A stretch of DNA of 32,000 nucleotides from Candidatus Saccharimonadota bacterium (GCA_003516025.1 CP023991.1:781374-813373), one strand, 5' to 3'; numbered from the stretch's first letter, positions 1 through 10,754 are shown. Translations and numbers: made by a program. The notes: generated by a model not told the origin, from the sequence alone.

Positions 1-38
1 CATTACTCGAGGTATGACTACTATTAACTCCTAGGGAT

Positions 39-67
39 TTGACATGATGTCTAACGTACGATACTGT
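39..67 (+). promoter_or_regulatory. Candidate sigma70-type promoter upstream of the rpf-like gene (TTGACA-N17-TACTGT)
   Basis: TTGACA at 39-44, a 17-nt spacer, then TACTGT at 62-67. This would leave a ~100-nt leader before ATG 173. Motif match only. Confidence 0.3.
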
Positions 68-172
68 GGCCTCTGTGTTTTTTCACTGGAGATGGAGACA
101 CAACATATGCATCCCCAGTATCCACTTTTTTGGAGGGTACATAAAACCGGGGTGTATAGGGAGGAATAATAT

Positions 173-922
173 ATGCGATATGTCGCTTTAACTGCGGCTA
201 CTCTTAGTAGTGCCTTTTTATTGACACTGGGTAGTCCTGCGTTACCTACAGCATCATCAACCGATGCGGATGGCAATAGCGCGAACAAAACCACAAATAT
301 TACAAAACTCACGACTTCGAAAGTTCTGCTTGCCAGCCAGGCAAAAACTCCAAAAACGGCAGCCACTAATGATGCGGCACCCGTACAGCAGCCTGAAGCG
401 CCACAACCAAATATGATTACTGTGGCTCCTGGTGATACGCTCAGCAGCATCGCCGAAGCGAATGGCACGACATTCAAACGATTGTTCGACGCCAATGAAA
501 CTGTCAAAGACCCCAATGTTATCTACCCCGCCGATCAATTGCGGATTCCAACCGCCGACGAGCAACTCGCTGACCGCCCTCTGCCTGCCGCGGCACCAGC
601 CGTCGTAGCACCCGCACCTGTTGTCGCAGCGGCACCAGCCCCAGTTCGAATCCCAGCCACGTCAAATGCCCCAGCAGTCGCTGATGGCAGCGTCTGGGAC
701 CGCTTAGCCCAGTGTGAAGCTGGCGGTAACTGGGCCATCAATACCGGCAACGGTTTTTACGGCGGCCTCCAGTTTACCCAAAGTAGCTGGCAAGCCGTAG
801 GCGGCTCTGGCATGCCCAACCAGGCCAGCCGCGAAGAACAGGTTTTACGCGGCCAAATGCTTCAAGCCCGCCAGGGTTGGGGCGCATGGCCCGCCTGTAG
901 CGCCAAGCTCGGCTTATATTAA
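173..922 (+). CDS. Secreted LysM + Rpf-like (resuscitation-promoting-factor / transglycosylase-like) cell-wall hydrolase
   Basis: 249-aa ORF with GGGAGG 9 nt upstream of the ATG. It has a hydrophobic signal-like N-terminus, a LysM-like segment (ITVAPGDTLSSIAEANG...ADQLRIP) and an Ala/Pro linker. The C-terminus carries the Rpf signature WDRLAQCEAGGNWAINTGNGFYGGLQFTQSSWQAVGG...GWGAWPACSAKLG. Confidence 0.85.
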   Translation: MRYVALTAATLSSAFLLTLGSPALPTASSTDADGNSANKTTNITKLTTSKVLLASQAKTPKTAATNDAAPVQQPEAPQPNMITVAPGDTLSSIAEANGTTFKRLFDANETVKDPNVIYPADQLRIPTADEQLADRPLPAAAPAVVAPAPVVAAAPAPVRIPATSNAPAVADGSVWDRLAQCEAGGNWAINTGNGFYGGLQFTQSSWQAVGGSGMPNQASREEQVLRGQMLQARQGWGAWPACSAKLGLY

Positions 923-944
923 ACGTCATACATATATGTATGGA

Positions 945-983
945 CATCCCAGGCAGCTCTCCAGGCCGCCTGGGATGTTTTTG
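945..983 (+). terminator. Rho-independent terminator after the rpf-like gene
   Basis: CATCCCAGGC (945-954) pairs with GCCTGGGATG (968-977), followed by TTTTT (978-982). Confidence 0.8.
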
Positions 984-1011
984 ATTCCGTAATATTTGAT
1001 ACCATAGATAG

Positions 1012-2040
1012 ATGCAACTGTCTGATTTCCACTACAACGTACCCGACGAGCTAATTGCCGACCAACCGCCGGAAGTGCGCGGCGATGCCCGCCTTCTGGC
1101 GCTCAACCGCGAAACAGGTGAAATCCAAGATAAGAATTACGGCGACATAGTTGAATTCTTAAACCCTGGCGACGTTTTAATAATTAATGATACAAAAGTA
1201 ATCAAAGCCCGCTTGATGGCCCGCAAATCTTCCGGCGGCGAACGCGAGCTGGTACTGGTGGAAAAACATGGTTCCACCGACGACTGGCACCTGCATAAGG
1301 TTATCTACCGGCGGCGGCTGAAGCCCGGCGACGAACTGTTTGTCGGACCGTACGCGCTGACTGTCGAAGAAATTATCGGCGATGGCATAGCGGTAGTTCG
1401 CAGTGGAAAAGATTTATTAGAGATAGCCGGTGAATACGGTTCGGTTCCCCTGCCGCCCTATATGCGCCGCGAAGCCACTGAAGCCGACACCGAGCGTTAC
1501 CAAACCGTCTTTGCCCGAGAGCAGGGTTCGGTGGCAGCGCCCACTGCCAGCTTGAACATGACCGAAGAAACACTGTCTAAACTTCGTAAAAAAGGCGTGA
1601 GCGTACAGTACGCCACACTGCATGTCGGACTTGGCACTTTCCTGCCTATCAGGGTTGATGATGTTGCCGAGCACAAAATGCACAAAGAATACTTTGAGGT
1701 TCCCGAAGAAACCGTCCGGGTCATGCAAACCGCGAAGCAGAACGGTAAGCGCGTCGTGGCTCTCGGTACTACTATCACCCGGACCCTGGAATACTGCCAC
1801 CAGCAGATTCTGTACGAAACCCCGCAGCAGCTGACCGGTGAAGCCGATATATTCATGTATCCCGGCTACGAGTTCAAAGTTATAGACGCCCTGCTGACCA
1901 ACTTTCATGCTCCGGAATCAACGGTCCTCATGCTAACCGCCGCCTTTGCCGGCTGGAACAAGCTCAAACCTGCCTACGAACACGCGGTCGCGGAACAGTA
2001 CCACTTTTTCAGTTACGGCGACTCGATGTTTATCTACTGA
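1012..2040 (+). CDS. queA: S-adenosylmethionine:tRNA ribosyltransferase-isomerase
   Basis: 342-aa ORF. The N-terminus MQLSDFHYNVPDELIADQPPEVRGDARLL and the length are typical of QueA. Confidence 0.93.
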   Translation: MQLSDFHYNVPDELIADQPPEVRGDARLLALNRETGEIQDKNYGDIVEFLNPGDVLIINDTKVIKARLMARKSSGGERELVLVEKHGSTDDWHLHKVIYRRRLKPGDELFVGPYALTVEEIIGDGIAVVRSGKDLLEIAGEYGSVPLPPYMRREATEADTERYQTVFAREQGSVAAPTASLNMTEETLSKLRKKGVSVQYATLHVGLGTFLPIRVDDVAEHKMHKEYFEVPEETVRVMQTAKQNGKRVVALGTTITRTLEYCHQQILYETPQQLTGEADIFMYPGYEFKVIDALLTNFHAPESTVLMLTAAFAGWNKLKPAYEHAVAEQYHFFSYGDSMFIY

Positions 2041-2092
2041 TACTTTCCAAAACCTGGTATCGACCATCTGTCATGGTTTGCAATTTATATCA

Positions 2093-2752
2093 TTATTTGA
2101 CGAAATACTCCAGGAGTTTACCGTACTCAGCATCCGACAGAGCCGCGTCAGCTACCGACGCGATTGCCGATTCGTCATTAAAAGCGACTGCGAAACCTGC
2201 GGCGGTCGCCAGCAAACGGTCACTGGCACCATCGCCTACAATCGCCACGTCCTGTGAACGGATATTCATTTCACTGCACCACTCGGCTAGTTTGGCAACC
2301 TTGAATTCCGCGTCGTTCATACGTGTCGTGATATATTTCAGCACCCCATGTTCATTAAAATTTAATGAATTATTAGAAGCATAACGTGTAATACCCAACT
2401 CTTCGGCCATGTGACGTACCAGCAAATCCATTGAGCCCGACAGCAAGGCGACTTCAAAGCCGCGGTTTTGTAACTCCGTAACGGTTTCACGGGCACCTTC
2501 AAAGTAAGTGTAGTTATAAATGAGACTTTCAATCGCCTCACGGGTCGGCTCGGAGCGCTCGTTATATAGGGCGCATAGTATTTCCTGCCCCTGCTGGTCG
2601 GTTATGATTCCCTCGCGGCCCCAGCGCATTAACACTTCGTCCTCTTCATCAGTCACACCCATGGATTTGTTGAGCTCCTGCCATGAATTATCACGGATAA
2701 GCGTCTTGTTTACATCAAATATGATTAACTTCGGCGTGAATGTATCTGCCAT
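2093..2752 (-). CDS. HAD-superfamily hydrolase (SerB/PSPase-like subfamily IB)
   Basis: 219 aa with a GGAGGG SD. Motif I is IIFDVNKTLI and the C-terminal motif is GDGASD. The second acidic residue of motif I is Asn (DVN rather than DxD). Confidence 0.75.
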   Translation of the reverse strand: MADTFTPKLIIFDVNKTLIRDNSWQELNKSMGVTDEEDEVLMRWGREGIITDQQGQEILCALYNERSEPTREAIESLIYNYTYFEGARETVTELQNRGFEVALLSGSMDLLVRHMAEELGITRYASNNSLNFNEHGVLKYITTRMNDAEFKVAKLAEWCSEMNIRSQDVAIVGDGASDRLLATAAGFAVAFNDESAIASVADAALSDAEYGKLLEYFVK

Positions 2753-2860
2753 AAGGTTCCCTCCGGTATTGCTTTATGGTAATCAGTATAGGCGGCCCTC
2801 GGGTGAGGCGGAAGTATATATTTCACAGCGTATACTATTAGCTATAACCAGGAGGTAGCC

Positions 2861-3253
2861 ATGGAAGGTTTTGTATCATCATTCAGTGGATTTTCCGTTA
2901 ACGACATTGCGGCGGCTCATACGTTTTATATTAATACGCTCGGTCTGACGCTGCAGGATGAGAATATGGGCCTGCATATAGTATTGCCTGGCGGTCAAAC
3001 CGTATTCATATATGAAAAGCCGGATCACCAGCCTGCCAGCTTTACCATACTCAATTTTGTGGTTACTAATATTGATGCGGTTGTCGACGAGTTAAAAACT
3101 CGTGGCGTCCGTTTTGAACGCTACGATTTGGGCAACGGCGCCGCGCAAGACGAAAATGACATACTACGGGGACTTAGCGCCGGTATGGGCCCGGATATCG
3201 CCTGGTTCAAAGATCCTGCCGGTAATGTCCTGTCTGTACTCCAAAGCGAGTAA
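2861..3253 (+). CDS. VOC / glyoxalase-bleomycin resistance family protein
   Basis: 130 aa with an AGGAGG SD. The pattern FSVNDIAAAHTFYINTLGL...FKDPAGNVLSV is typical of the VOC fold. Confidence 0.75.
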   Translation: MEGFVSSFSGFSVNDIAAAHTFYINTLGLTLQDENMGLHIVLPGGQTVFIYEKPDHQPASFTILNFVVTNIDAVVDELKTRGVRFERYDLGNGAAQDENDILRGLSAGMGPDIAWFKDPAGNVLSVLQSE

Positions 3254-3267
3254 ATACGCTATAATAA

Positions 3268-5171
<1,904 letters not shown>

Positions 5172-5229
5172 CTAGGTTATTGTACGCAGCCAGCGTCGTA
5201 TTGGCAACCGTAACCAACTAAGCGAAACC

Positions 5230-5676
5230 CTAAGGAACATACTCTACTGGCGAGCTGTCCGGAAAATTGACTTCATCAAACAGCGAAAACCGTTCCGGCG
5301 TAAAGCAGTACATGCGGTGATCGTTAGTACCCCGTACGAAGTTATTATAAAAATCTTTACCGGCGTTATACTTGGCGGTATATTTTTCCATAACGCCCTG
5401 CACCGTACCGGCATGCGTGACCACTTCAACTGTTCCCTCGCCCTGCAAGCCTATAACCGGCTTGTCAGTTTTAATCACGATGGCAATAGCCACGCGTTTG
5501 TCTTCCATTATCTCCATGCTATGCCGCCGGGTCGGCAGGCTGAGCCAATACAGGTTCAGCGATGTATCCGCGACAAAGTAAACGGTGGCTACCCAGGGAC
5601 GACCGTTATGAACGGTGGCGAGCTGTATGAGCTGTCCATCGGCAAGGTACTGGCGTATACGTGTTTCGGCGTCCAT
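5230..5676 (-). CDS. Pyridoxamine 5'-phosphate oxidase-like FMN-binding family protein
   Basis: I chose the start MDAETRIRQY (ATG 5676) because the longer ORF would overlap the upstream gene. The segment LIQLATVHNGRPWVATVYFV resembles the PNPOx-like split-barrel fold. Confidence 0.65.
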   Translation of the reverse strand: MDAETRIRQYLADGQLIQLATVHNGRPWVATVYFVADTSLNLYWLSLPTRRHSMEIMEDKRVAIAIVIKTDKPVIGLQGEGTVEVVTHAGTVQGVMEKYTAKYNAGKDFYNNFVRGTNDHRMYCFTPERFSLFDEVNFPDSSPVEYVP

Positions 5677-5683
5677 GATTTTG

Positions 5684-6298
5684 CTAAGAATTATGCTGCG
5701 GCACTCGAATGAGCCGGGCGTCATCGCGTGGCGTTAATTCTATCAGTTCACCGTTACCAAAATGGAAATCGACTAATACATCACGCCAGTTTTTACCCGT
5801 GGCGGCAGCGTACATCATTTTACCGAAGTCACCATGGCAAACTACGAGCACCCTACCCTCGGTATGTAATTGCCTGATCGTTTGCAGAGCCGTACCGCCC
5901 CGCTCGACTAACTGCGGGAATGTTTCCGCGCCTTCCGGACTGAGGAAATACGTGATAGCCTCGGCCTGTATGATGTCCGGGGCGCATAATCTGGCGATAT
6001 CGGTTTGAGGCTTGCCGGTCATTACGCCAAAATCGCGCTCGATGAGATCTTCAATGACAGTCGGCAGCTCGCTCATTCCAAGGATCTGACTGACAATTTC
6101 AGCGGTTTCTTTTGCCCGTGACAGCGGCGAACAATATATAACGTCGAAAGTCAGCCCCAGTTCAACGAGCCCTTCACCCAGTTGCCGTGCTTGGAACCTG
6201 CCCAGGTCAGTTAAAGGCAGATCTCGATGACCGTTCAGAATGCCGTTAGCATTATCTTCGTTCTGGCCATGCCTGGCAATGAATACATCTGCTGCCAT
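5684..6298 (-). CDS. Histidine phosphatase family protein (phosphoglycerate-mutase-like)
   Basis: 204 aa with the catalytic RHGQ motif near the N-terminus (FIARHGQNEDN) and a later CHGD histidine. Confidence 0.8.
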   Translation of the reverse strand: MAADVFIARHGQNEDNANGILNGHRDLPLTDLGRFQARQLGEGLVELGLTFDVIYCSPLSRAKETAEIVSQILGMSELPTVIEDLIERDFGVMTGKPQTDIARLCAPDIIQAEAITYFLSPEGAETFPQLVERGGTALQTIRQLHTEGRVLVVCHGDFGKMMYAAATGKNWRDVLVDFHFGNGELIELTPRDDARLIRVPQHNS

Positions 6299-6319
6299 AT
6301 GTTATGTACCTTTACTTTT

Positions 6320-7702
6320 TTACTGAAGAGTTCGAACAAGCTCCGCTATAGATACCCTGGTCTGCTCGGTCGTATCCCGGTCTCGCACCGTAACCGTGCC
6401 AGTAGTGTCACCCTCTACTGTGTCGAAATCGATTACCACGCAGTACGGCGTACCGATTTCGTCCTGGCGGCGGTAGCGCTTACCAACATTGCCATTGTCA
6501 TCCCACATTACGGCGCCGAACTCTTTTTTGAGCATAACGTAGACTTCGCGGGCTTTTTCAACCAGTTCAGGCTTGTTCTTAAGCAGCGGCGAAACGGCGA
6601 CTTTCACCGGCGCTAGGTGCTTCGGCAGTTTTAATACAGTACGCTTGTCGCCGTTTACTTGGTCTTCGGTATACGCAGCCGAGAGGACAGCCATGATCGC
6701 CCGCTCTAAACCGAACGATGGCTCGATAACGTGCGGAACATAGGCCGGTGAACCGTCTTTCGGACGATACTCCATGCTTTTACCGCTGACGCGCTGGATG
6801 TTGCCGAGGTCGAAGTCGGTACGGTAAGCAAGGCCGAGCAGCTCTTCGCGGCCGATCGGGAAATCGAATTCGAAGTCAACGGTGCGCTTGCTGTAGTGCG
6901 CGCGGTCGTCACCCGAAACTTCGAGTTCATGCACGCTGCTCTCTGGCAGGCCGAGCGCGTCGGTCCAGGCGTGTACGCGGGCTATCCAGTTCTCGAATTC
7001 CGCTTCCCATTGGTCAGGATGTACGAAGTACTCGATTTCCATCTGTTCAAATTCGCGGGAACGGAAAATGAAATCGCGGGGACTGATTTCGTTACGGAAT
7101 GCCTTGCCCTGCTGCGCCAGACCGAATGGCACATCCGGGTAAAATGAATCAACGACGTTTTTGAAGTTGGTAAATATACCTTGGGCGGTTTCAGGACGGA
7201 GGTAACTGACAGCATTGGAATTATAGTCCATCTTTTCATCAAAGTCGGAGCCTTCGGCGGCCTCTTGCCGGGTCTTTGCAAAATTCGGACCAACGACGGT
7301 CTGGAACATCATATTGAATTGTTTCGCTTCACCAAAAGTACTTGTCTTGCCGCATACCGGGCATTTATTAGGATCGGCCAGCTTATCAGCGCGCTGGCGG
7401 CTATGGCAGTTAGAGCACTCGACCATCGGATCACTAAACGTATCAACATGGCCGCTGGCCTGCCAAACCTTCTGATTCATCAGAATAGCCGCATCAACGC
7501 CGTACATGTTGTCAGCATCATCGACGAACATTTTCCACCACAGTTGCATAATATTGCGCTTAAGCGCCACGCCCAAGGGGCCATAGTCCCAAGTACCACT
7601 CAGGCCGCCATATACTTCGGAGCCCGGGTAGATGAATCCGCGGCGCTTACATAAACTGACAATATCTTCGAGGGATGGTGTGGGGGCTGTATTTTCGCTC
7701 AT
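6320..7702 (-). CDS. glyQS: Glycine--tRNA ligase (homodimeric alpha2 type)
   Basis: 460 aa. The N-terminus CKRRGFIYPGSEVYGGLSGTWDYGPLG is diagnostic of class II GlyRS. Confidence 0.95.
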   Translation of the reverse strand: MSENTAPTPSLEDIVSLCKRRGFIYPGSEVYGGLSGTWDYGPLGVALKRNIMQLWWKMFVDDADNMYGVDAAILMNQKVWQASGHVDTFSDPMVECSNCHSRQRADKLADPNKCPVCGKTSTFGEAKQFNMMFQTVVGPNFAKTRQEAAEGSDFDEKMDYNSNAVSYLRPETAQGIFTNFKNVVDSFYPDVPFGLAQQGKAFRNEISPRDFIFRSREFEQMEIEYFVHPDQWEAEFENWIARVHAWTDALGLPESSVHELEVSGDDRAHYSKRTVDFEFDFPIGREELLGLAYRTDFDLGNIQRVSGKSMEYRPKDGSPAYVPHVIEPSFGLERAIMAVLSAAYTEDQVNGDKRTVLKLPKHLAPVKVAVSPLLKNKPELVEKAREVYVMLKKEFGAVMWDDNGNVGKRYRRQDEIGTPYCVVIDFDTVEGDTTGTVTVRDRDTTEQTRVSIAELVRTLQ

Positions 7703-7744
7703 AATAGCTCAAATTATAGCCTAAACAGCGGTAAAGGTCTAAGA

Positions 7745-7942
7745 CTAACTGGTCAGGGCGTGGCTTAAATATGTCTGGTCACCCGTTTCAAGTTCTGGAA
7801 AACGGAACTCCACGACAGTTTTAGGGTTTTGGGTGTGCGCAAAGGTGTTTACCACAGCAAGCTGCCCTGCGCCGACGGCAATAACGTTCGGGGCTTCATA
7901 AATAAAATTTCGGCCTGTTTCGCCGACTTCGATTAAACTCAT
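7745..7942 (-). CDS. Hypothetical small protein (65 aa)
   Basis: ORF with TATAAT (reverse complement of 7953-7958) 10 nt upstream of the ATG. I recognise no family. Confidence 0.4.
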   Translation of the reverse strand: MSLIEVGETGRNFIYEAPNVIAVGAGQLAVVNTFAHTQNPKTVVEFRFPELETGDQTYLSHALTS

Positions 7943-7953
7943 GTTGATTATGA

Positions 7954-8637
7954 TTATACCATAAATGTCAGGACTTCACGCTGTAAAACAGTACGAGCCA
8001 TAATAATTTCCTTGCCGTTATCACGTAGGGCCGCAAATATCGGGTTTTCTGACGCGGCCGTCAACTGCACCGCTTGCGTTACTGAACTCGGCTGCCGCTC
8101 TGAGTCATGAGCCGGCAAATATATACAAGGTTGCGGCATATCACCCGTCAGATCGATGGTAACGCGGCCAATCCCGCTTCCTGGAATTTCGGCGGCCTGC
8201 GGCGGCCGTACGTCCAAGTGTTCCGCGTCTTCAGATGCTCCGGCAGTAAATAGGAAGGTCGCCACTCGCTCGAGCCGCTGCCAGCGCAGTCCATCATCGT
8301 GATAGTCATTAAAACAGGTCTTGAGCAGACCTATTCCTAAAATCTGATTCCGGTCACGCGGCATAAAACAGTCCTGTACGCGGCGAATATTCCAGACATC
8401 TTCATCAAGCTCCATCGGGTACGACCCCAGGGGCACCTCTACCGATCGAATCCCCGTTAAAGCGTCAGTTGGCCGGTACTGCGGCTGCTTCAGGAATACC
8501 ACTGCCGCATACTTCGCCCGGCCATTCTGGCAGGGGTCATTCGAAGCAAGCTGCCGGTTAATCTCATTCATTCCGTTAACGCTTATCCTTAAATGTGAGT
8601 GTAGCATAATCGCCCCGTGAATACACAACTTATACAT
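7954..8637 (-). CDS. Hypothetical protein (up to 227 aa, start uncertain)
   Basis: Long ORF in the same orientation as its neighbours. An AT-rich upstream region (8638-8700) carries several TATAAT/TATAAA boxes on the minus strand. I recognise no family. Confidence 0.45.
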   Translation of the reverse strand: MYKLCIHGAIMLHSHLRISVNGMNEINRQLASNDPCQNGRAKYAAVVFLKQPQYRPTDALTGIRSVEVPLGSYPMELDEDVWNIRRVQDCFMPRDRNQILGIGLLKTCFNDYHDDGLRWQRLERVATFLFTAGASEDAEHLDVRPPQAAEIPGSGIGRVTIDLTGDMPQPCIYLPAHDSERQPSSVTQAVQLTAASENPIFAALRDNGKEIIMARTVLQREVLTFMV

Positions 8638-8740
8638 AATTTACTTTTTATAGTACTTATGTTATAATTAGTTGATTATAATAGTACCCCTGGCGTACAG
8701 CCGTTTAGCAGCCCGGCACGTGACCCGGCACACCGTATAA

Positions 8741-9433
8741 TCAGGCGCGTATAAACGTCGATGCCATTGTCTGCACCAGTGGCATGAGGTCAGCAAGCAA
8801 GCCATCGAGGCCTGATATCCGTTGCATTATCTGGGGCTGGTTGCCGCTAAAGCCAACTCTAAGAAATTTAATATGGTCAGCGCTAAAATGCCCGTCGGGC
8901 CGCTGCAAAAACGCCATGTCGTCAAAACTAAACTCATAGTTCCGGTCAACCGTCAGCTTGTCACCGCTGAGTTCAGTATGGAGGTTAGGCGTATGGCCGC
9001 CAATACTGAGCAGCTGCATCAAAAACCATGCCCGGACGAGCTGTGCGTTTACTTTAGAATCATCCAGGGCGGCGAATGCCTGCTCAAGCAGATAAAAATA
9101 CTCTGGTTCAGGTTCATCTTCGGTAACTTTATTAAGGAGTTTTATCAGGTCGTAGCCTAACATGGTCCGCGTTACGTCGCCGACAATCCGGCCGTAGTGC
9201 TTAATGAGCCGTGTCGATACCAGCGTACCGATATCTCCCCTGCCCTTAATAAACGCGATGTCGCTGACACTAAACAGTTCAATGCCGCCCGCCAGCTTGC
9301 TCTTAACCCGCCGCACACCTTTTGCTATCAACCGCAACTTTCCATGGTCCGGCGTGAGCAGGGTCAATATGCGGTCAGCCTCTCCAAAATCGGTCCGGCT
9401 GAGGACAATGGCGGTAGTGTTTACTTGTTTCAT
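8741..9433 (-). CDS. recO: DNA repair protein RecO
   Basis: 230 aa. The N-terminus AIVLSRTDFGEADRILTLLTPDHGKLRLIAKGVRR is typical of the RecO OB-fold. Confidence 0.9.
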   Translation of the reverse strand: MKQVNTTAIVLSRTDFGEADRILTLLTPDHGKLRLIAKGVRRVKSKLAGGIELFSVSDIAFIKGRGDIGTLVSTRLIKHYGRIVGDVTRTMLGYDLIKLLNKVTEDEPEPEYFYLLEQAFAALDDSKVNAQLVRAWFLMQLLSIGGHTPNLHTELSGDKLTVDRNYEFSFDDMAFLQRPDGHFSADHIKFLRVGFSGNQPQIMQRISGLDGLLADLMPLVQTMASTFIRA

Positions 9434-9437
9434 GCTA

Positions 9438-9905
9438 TTAGATTGTCTGGCTGCGGAGGTTGGCTGATACAGCGTTCAGCATAGCGTCTTCGTCCTCATG
9501 ATCATGCAACGCGTCTTCGAGATGCCCCTGCTCGACCACACCACGGACTTCACGCAGTAAAGCCTTGAGCGTAGTTTGAGGTTTGTATAGATAAGTACGC
9601 ACGTGAAGCAGCTCCCGTAGCAACTGCGCGCTGTCCTCGAACTCAGTCGGTGGAATACAACTATGAACGATCACCGGAATGGTTTGCCAGTCGCCGTAAG
9701 AACGCAGCTCGTACAGAAACTCAATACCGCTGTGGGCAACCAGCTGCAGTTCGACCAGAATTAAGTCGGGGCGCAGTTCGTCGACCTTAAACACGCCGTC
9801 CTGGGCGGTTACCGTGCGGCGTACGACGTGCCCGTCTAAAGCAAGCGCCTGGCTGTAAACATCTGCCAAGACGGCATCGGGTTCGAGCATTAGTATGTTC
9901 GCCAT
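9438..9905 (-). CDS. Atypical single-domain response-regulator receiver (phospho-acceptor Asp replaced by Glu)
   Basis: 155 aa with a CheY-like pattern. The beta3 strand reads PDLILVELQL where canonical receivers have D-L-I-L-L-D. The conserved Lys is retained in YLYKP. The stop lies 4 nt from the recO start. Confidence 0.7.
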   Translation of the reverse strand: MANILMLEPDAVLADVYSQALALDGHVVRRTVTAQDGVFKVDELRPDLILVELQLVAHSGIEFLYELRSYGDWQTIPVIVHSCIPPTEFEDSAQLLRELLHVRTYLYKPQTTLKALLREVRGVVEQGHLEDALHDHEDEDAMLNAVSANLRSQTI

Positions 9906-9918
9906 AAGTATATGTCTC

Positions 9919-10656
9919 TCATTGTATAAGTTGCAGCTGCGGGTTAGGTTGCAGGACGGCCCCCAAACCGGAACGGTTATGGTGGTGCGATACTTTCAAA
10001 CGCGCGCCGATAGCGCTCAGTATGGCATCAGCCACAAAGACGCCGGCACCGCCACAATGGCTGAGGGCCGGTAACGGCTGGCGGGCCATTCCCTGCAGTC
10101 GCCGGCCCTGACGCAGGGCTTCTGTAGTAAGTTTATCAACATCAGCGTAGAGACCGGCTACAATCCCGTAGCGGCAGCGGTGCGCGGCCAACTGCAGTTT
10201 CATCTGCGGAGCATTGGTTGCCGGCAGGGCTTCTATAAGCGCGTAGCCGAGGGTGACCAAAGCGTTCTGCAAGCCCTCGCGGTGGGTCGTTACCGGCCCG
10301 TACTTGCCATCCATAGACAGCTCCAGCTCCACACCATACATTTGGGCGATTGGATGCAACTGATGCGCCGTGTCGTACAGCACCGAGGAAATTGAAACAG
10401 ATTCTTGTTCGGTTTCATAGCCTTCTTCGGCTGCCAGGCGCATGCTCAGGAGGTAGCCATCAACCAGTTTCAAGGCTACGTCGGCATTGGCGCGGACTTG
10501 CTCCAATGACTCCGCGGGATTGCCGCTTAAGGCCCCCAGTTCGGCCTTGCGAAGAATTTGTAACAGGGGTAGCTTCATCTGCTCTGCCAATGATAAAAAC
10601 AAACGTTCCGATTGGACTAATGCTTGCTTCTGCTCAAGCAGAGTTAGACGAACCAC
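9919..10656 (-). CDS. Histidine-kinase-like protein with degenerate H-box (His replaced by Glu), no membrane or sensor domain
   Basis: 245 aa with a GTG start after a GAGGGGG SD. FLSLAEQMKLPLLQI aligns to the HisKA consensus FLanvSHELRTPL. The ATPase-like tail (LQNALVTLGYALIEA ... GGAGVFVADAILSAIGARL) is weakly conserved. Confidence 0.5.
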   Translation of the reverse strand: MVRLTLLEQKQALVQSERLFLSLAEQMKLPLLQILRKAELGALSGNPAESLEQVRANADVALKLVDGYLLSMRLAAEEGYETEQESVSISSVLYDTAHQLHPIAQMYGVELELSMDGKYGPVTTHREGLQNALVTLGYALIEALPATNAPQMKLQLAAHRCRYGIVAGLYADVDKLTTEALRQGRRLQGMARQPLPALSHCGGAGVFVADAILSAIGARLKVSHHHNRSGLGAVLQPNPQLQLIQ

Positions 10657-10754
10657 TCGTTACCCCCTCAGGTTACTGACTTAAAATTAGTATACACCAA
10701 AGCGGGCTCCATAAAGGCTGTAGATTTTATGTAAAACTGTGGATATCTATCGTA

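Noticed and set aside
74-172. Possible riboswitch (for example ydaO/c-di-AMP class, known upstream of actinobacterial rpf genes) in the ~100-nt rpf leader
   Set aside because: I could not recognise the conserved ydaO core or a convincing pseudo-symmetric fold by eye. There is only a weak stem (CTGGAGA/TCCCCAG) and a T-run. A covariance-model scan would be needed to revisit this.
31-750. ORFs 31..516(-), 257..565(-) and 535..750(-), antisense to the rpf-like gene
   Set aside because: They overlap a well-supported plus-strand CDS with clear domain signatures. They have no SD or promoter and low-complexity translations, as expected for antisense frames.
2093-2752. HAD hydrolase possibly inactive because motif I is DVN instead of DxD
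   Set aside because: Several active HAD subfamilies have non-Asp residues at the +2 position, and the nucleophile Asp and the other motifs are intact. This is insufficient to call a pseudoenzyme.
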